A stretch of 64,000 bases of DNA from Felis catus. Taxonomy: Eukaryota. The first letter of the stretch is position 1; each line of letters starts with the position of its first letter. A program made the translations under genes and the position numbers. Below, piece after piece: positions 60,265 to 64,000 of the stretch. The notes below the pieces were generated by a model, which saw only the letters and a list, made by a program, of their open reading frames with translations, did no database searches and was not told the origin of the DNA. Location of the stretch: positions 21,206,001 through 21,270,000 of the forward strand of contig NC_058383.1 in the NCBI RefSeq assembly GCF_018350175.1, given 5' to 3'.

Positions 60265-62478
60265 TGAGTTTTCCTCATGGTGTTTTGCCAGAACAAAATC
60301 GAGTTATATAAGCTTCTCCGCAACTTGCTATTTTCATTAATAATACATAACGAGCACCTTTGCAGGTCAATAGTCAATAGTCATAGATCTAACTCACACT
60401 TTTTATTAGCTACTTAATATTCCATAATATGGAAGGGCCACACTTAATTAAGTTGTTTTTAATTTTATCGCCTCAACAAATAATTTTATTTACGTAGGGT
60501 AGATTACCAGAAGCAGGGCAGGTCAAAACAAACAATATGTGTATTTTTAAGCTGAATAAATACGGCTCGGCTATGGTCCCCAAATGACTCTGATGATTCA
60601 CATTTCTACCAATGATATATGAGATTACATGTTTCTTCCAGCATCCTTTCCAGCTCTAGGCACTTCCCCTCATTTTTAATTTTTTCCAGTCTGCCAGGGG
60701 TAAAACAGTATTTTCTTTTGATTAATATATATCTATTGGCCACTTGGATGATCCCATTCATGCCTTCTTCCATTTTTCCTGTTGGGTGTTAGTATACTGC
60801 TCATCAGTTTGTGACAGCTCATTGTAACGTTTTATCTGTCATATGTATTACAAATATGTTTTCTCTGTCTAACTCCAACCTATTGCCAGAGCATTTTGTG
60901 AACATTTTCCTTATCACACTTACCATGTCGCATTGTCCTTTGCTGACAATCGCTGCCTCTGCGGAGGCCGTGTCCCTGAGGCTGGGGATCGTTTGCTAAG
61001 CTCTGTAGCCCCAATCCCAAGCAGTAATTGGCACATAGTAGGTGTCCAAAGGGTGCTGAAATTGATTGCAGAATTTCCATCTCAATAAAAAGGTCCCTCC
61101 ACGTTCCTTTTCCTTTGTGCCATCTGAGCGACGCATTAATTACAGATGTTCCATCAAATGTCAAGCTAACCTCAACAATTACAACTTGAAGCAAAGAGCC
61201 CAGCCGAAATGACAAGGACCCTCATCCCCAGGACTGAGCTGTGGACATGAGGAAGGACAAGAAAATTGCACCATCTGCTTGGATTTAGATAAAAGGACTC
61301 AGCTCACACAGGACACTGCATGAGAGGGGAGGGAATGTGCCTATTTGCTATTCCGGCTTATGAAGCCTATTTTCATGTTATGTGTCATTTATGGAACAAT
61401 CTGATGTTACAGATGGCTTGAAGCTTTTATGCTGCAAGGAGAGGGAGTGAGACAGAGCAGAAAGTCATTTCTCCTCAGTCTTAGGGACTGTCCCCCACTC
61501 CAGCAAACTGGGGAGCCTCATGTTCAGCCAAAGCCACCAAAATAAAGTGTGACAGAGCGGAGGGCCAGGTGGAGGATGAAAGGAGAACGTAGGGGTATGT
61601 GGAGGACAAGGAGTGGAGGGACGCACGGGGGAAAAAGAGAATAAAAGTGTGTGAGGAGCAGAGCGGACGGCAGTGTCTGGGGAGCCCCCAGAGGTAAAGA
61701 AAGAACCCAGCCCTGGAAGTTAGGCCAATGTTAGTTCTAATCTTGCCTGAGTTACTTGCTTAACCCCCATGCTGTCCAAACTGACTGGTCACCTCAATGG
61801 CACAGGAACACACAGCTGCAGGCATCAACCCCTCCTCCACGCCACCTCCCTGTAGTGTTGCCATGGAAAATCTCTCTGTGTTCCAGTCCTCACCGAGTTG
61901 CTTTTGTGTGCCTGATGCTGTTGCTGAGTTGAAGTTGTCTGCTCACCTGGCCTGCAACAAGATTTATCCCTGGTTTCACAGGTCACCCTAATTTACCTGG
62001 GATTAAAGGACTAGTGTTTCCCGGATTCCATTTCCATAGCTGACCCTTGCTTCTGCGACCCTGGTGTTAGAAAAGTCCAGATGTCCACATGACGCTGCCA
62101 GTCCCAGAGAGGTCAGGCCTGGCCAGCTTCCACCAGCCTAATTAAATGCTCCAGGAAAGAGGGTCATGTCGTCCTCATATGGCAGTCCCTACAATAACCA
62201 TGTGACCTGAGTGTGGTGGCTGAAGAGGGAGTGTGATTAACAGTGTGTGCATCCGATTGCCTTAGATGAGCATGAATGTGATTAGAATCTCACTGCAAAG
62301 AAAAATGAAAGACATACCCCTCACAATATATGGTGCCCAGGCAAACTTTTCATCACCAATGTGAAAGCACTATATAATGAAAACACCAAAAGACAAAAAG
62401 AAAACCTAAGTAAATTGAAATACGTGCCGTTCTCCTGATTAGGAAAAGTCACTATTTTAAAGAGATGCCATCCATCCC

Positions 62479-62826
62479 TGCTATGGAGTGAATATTTATT
62501 TGTGCCTCCCAAAGTTATATACTGAAGCCCTAATCTCCAGTGTGATGGGATTTGGCGTGGGGTCTTTAGGTGATGTCACAAGGATGAGGCCCTCATGGTG
62601 GAATTAATGCTCTTATGAAGAGTGGAAGAGACAGAGCGCTCTCTCTATCTCTCCGCCACATGAGGATTCAGCAAGAAAGTAGACAATTGCAAGCTGGAAA
62701 GAGAGTCCTCACCAGGACCCGACCTTGTTGGACCTCCAGCCTCCAGAACTATAAAAAATAGGTTCCCATTGTTTAAGCCACCCAATCCAAGGTATTTTGT
62801 TATAGCAGCTCCAGGTGACTAAGACA
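62479..62826 (+). mobile_element. MaLR MLT1A-like solo LTR inserted in an old L1 ORF2 remnant (~62280-63300)
   Basis: Runs TGCTATGG...GACTAAGACA with a 5-bp TSD ATCCC/TTCCC. Confidence 0.8.
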
Positions 62827-63758
62827 TTCCCCGAATCCCTATGAATTTGTACCCACTTAGAATTGAGTTCCAATATGTTTTGGAACTTAGTAACTTGAAA
62901 AGAACTTTCTTCTGGGGGGAAAAAAACACATGCCTAAGAACAGCTAAGAAAATCTTGCAATAGAAGAATAATGATAAGGGACCACATATCACAACATATT
63001 GTGAAGCTACAATAATAAAACAGTGTGATATTCATCCAGAAATAGGCCAGTGGATTAACAGAACACAATTTGAGTGTTTAGAAATAAACAGATCAGAATT
63101 CGGTGTATGATAAAGATGGAATTTCACACTGATGAGAGCAAGAGGGGGTTATTCAATAAATGGTGCTGTGGTACGATTGTCTATTCATTCAGGGAAAAAA
63201 TAAGTTAAATTCCAACCTTACACCAGACACAAAAATCAATGGAAACGGAATTAAAATCTAAATGGAAAAAATAAACACTAAAGGTAGCATAACACACTTA
63301 TTACAACAGCCCTAAAAGATAGCTATTTGATCCCCATTTTGAAGGTGTCAAAACTCAGGCTCAGAGACATAAAGTGGCTTACCTGAGGTCACACGAGGTC
63401 ACACACCAGCCACTCATAGAGGATCACAGACACTTTGTTCTCCAGATGCCCCCATTAGGTGAATTTACCTTATGGTTTTCTTTCAACCCAGCTCATAACT
63501 CTTAGCAAATGATCTCCACCTCCAGCCCAGGATGGTCAAAAGACCTCCAGTCTTACAACCTGGGTCCTCTCCATGGGAGCCACACATTCTCTGAACAGAG
63601 GCCATGGGAGAGACCATTGAGAGAAATTCCAATCAGAATCAGTAGTCTTTTTGGTGCTTCAACAGCATGGTTTAGTGATGTGGTGGAGACTGTCCTGGAG
63701 AAAGATAAGTAGGTGCCTCCTGAAGAGACTGGAGAGGCCCTGCTTATCGGTTCACTCT

Positions 63759-63985
63759 TTTTTTTTATTTTTTTTTTTAATGTTTATTTATTTTCGACAG
63801 AGAGAGAGAGAGACAGAGCATGAGTGGGGGAGGGGCAGAGAGAGAGGGAGACACAGAATCCGAAGCAGGCTCCAGGCTCTGAGCTGTCAGCACAGAGCCG
63901 GACACAGGGCTCGAACTCACGGACTGCGAGATTATGACCTGAGCTGAAGTCGGACGCTCAACCGACTGAGCCACCCAGGCGCCCC
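63759..63985 (-). mobile_element. Can-SINE
   Basis: Reverse-strand SINE with TSD-like (T)TATC(G/A)G(T/C)TCACTCT flanks. Confidence 0.94.
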
Positions 63986-64000
63986 TCATCAGCTCACTCT

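Noticed and set aside
5849..63985. tRNA-like A/B-box sequences
   Set aside because: These are the heads of tRNA-derived Can-SINEs, not tRNA genes.

Overview
Mammalian genomic DNA, almost certainly felid and probably domestic cat, judging by the dense tRNA-derived Can-SINEs of the feline type and the carnivore L1 3' ends. Bases 1-2604 are the 3' part of an endogenous gammaretrovirus of the ERV-DC/FcEV group. It carries RNase H-integrase with one premature stop, an env with a large internal microhomology deletion, a PPT and a 550-bp 3' LTR. The deleted env leaves a 108-aa signal-peptide-bearing ORF and an out-of-frame TM anchor. The remaining ~61 kb shows no recognisable host protein-coding exon. 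It is a mosaic of about 40 SINEs plus L1, MIR, MaLR/ERVL LTR relics and hAT-Charlie DNA transposons. Notable retroposition products are a tailless 5' U2 snRNA fragment with TSDs, a SINE-L1 chimera and a partial+full SINE dimer each inside one TSD pair, and a 4.4-kb internally deleted L1 with an 18-bp TSD and a possible 3' transduction. There is also an inverted (TATC)/(GATA) satellite and several strong splice-signal sets, including a possible LTR-driven spliced ORF. Repeat family names come from recalled consensus features, not from database searches.
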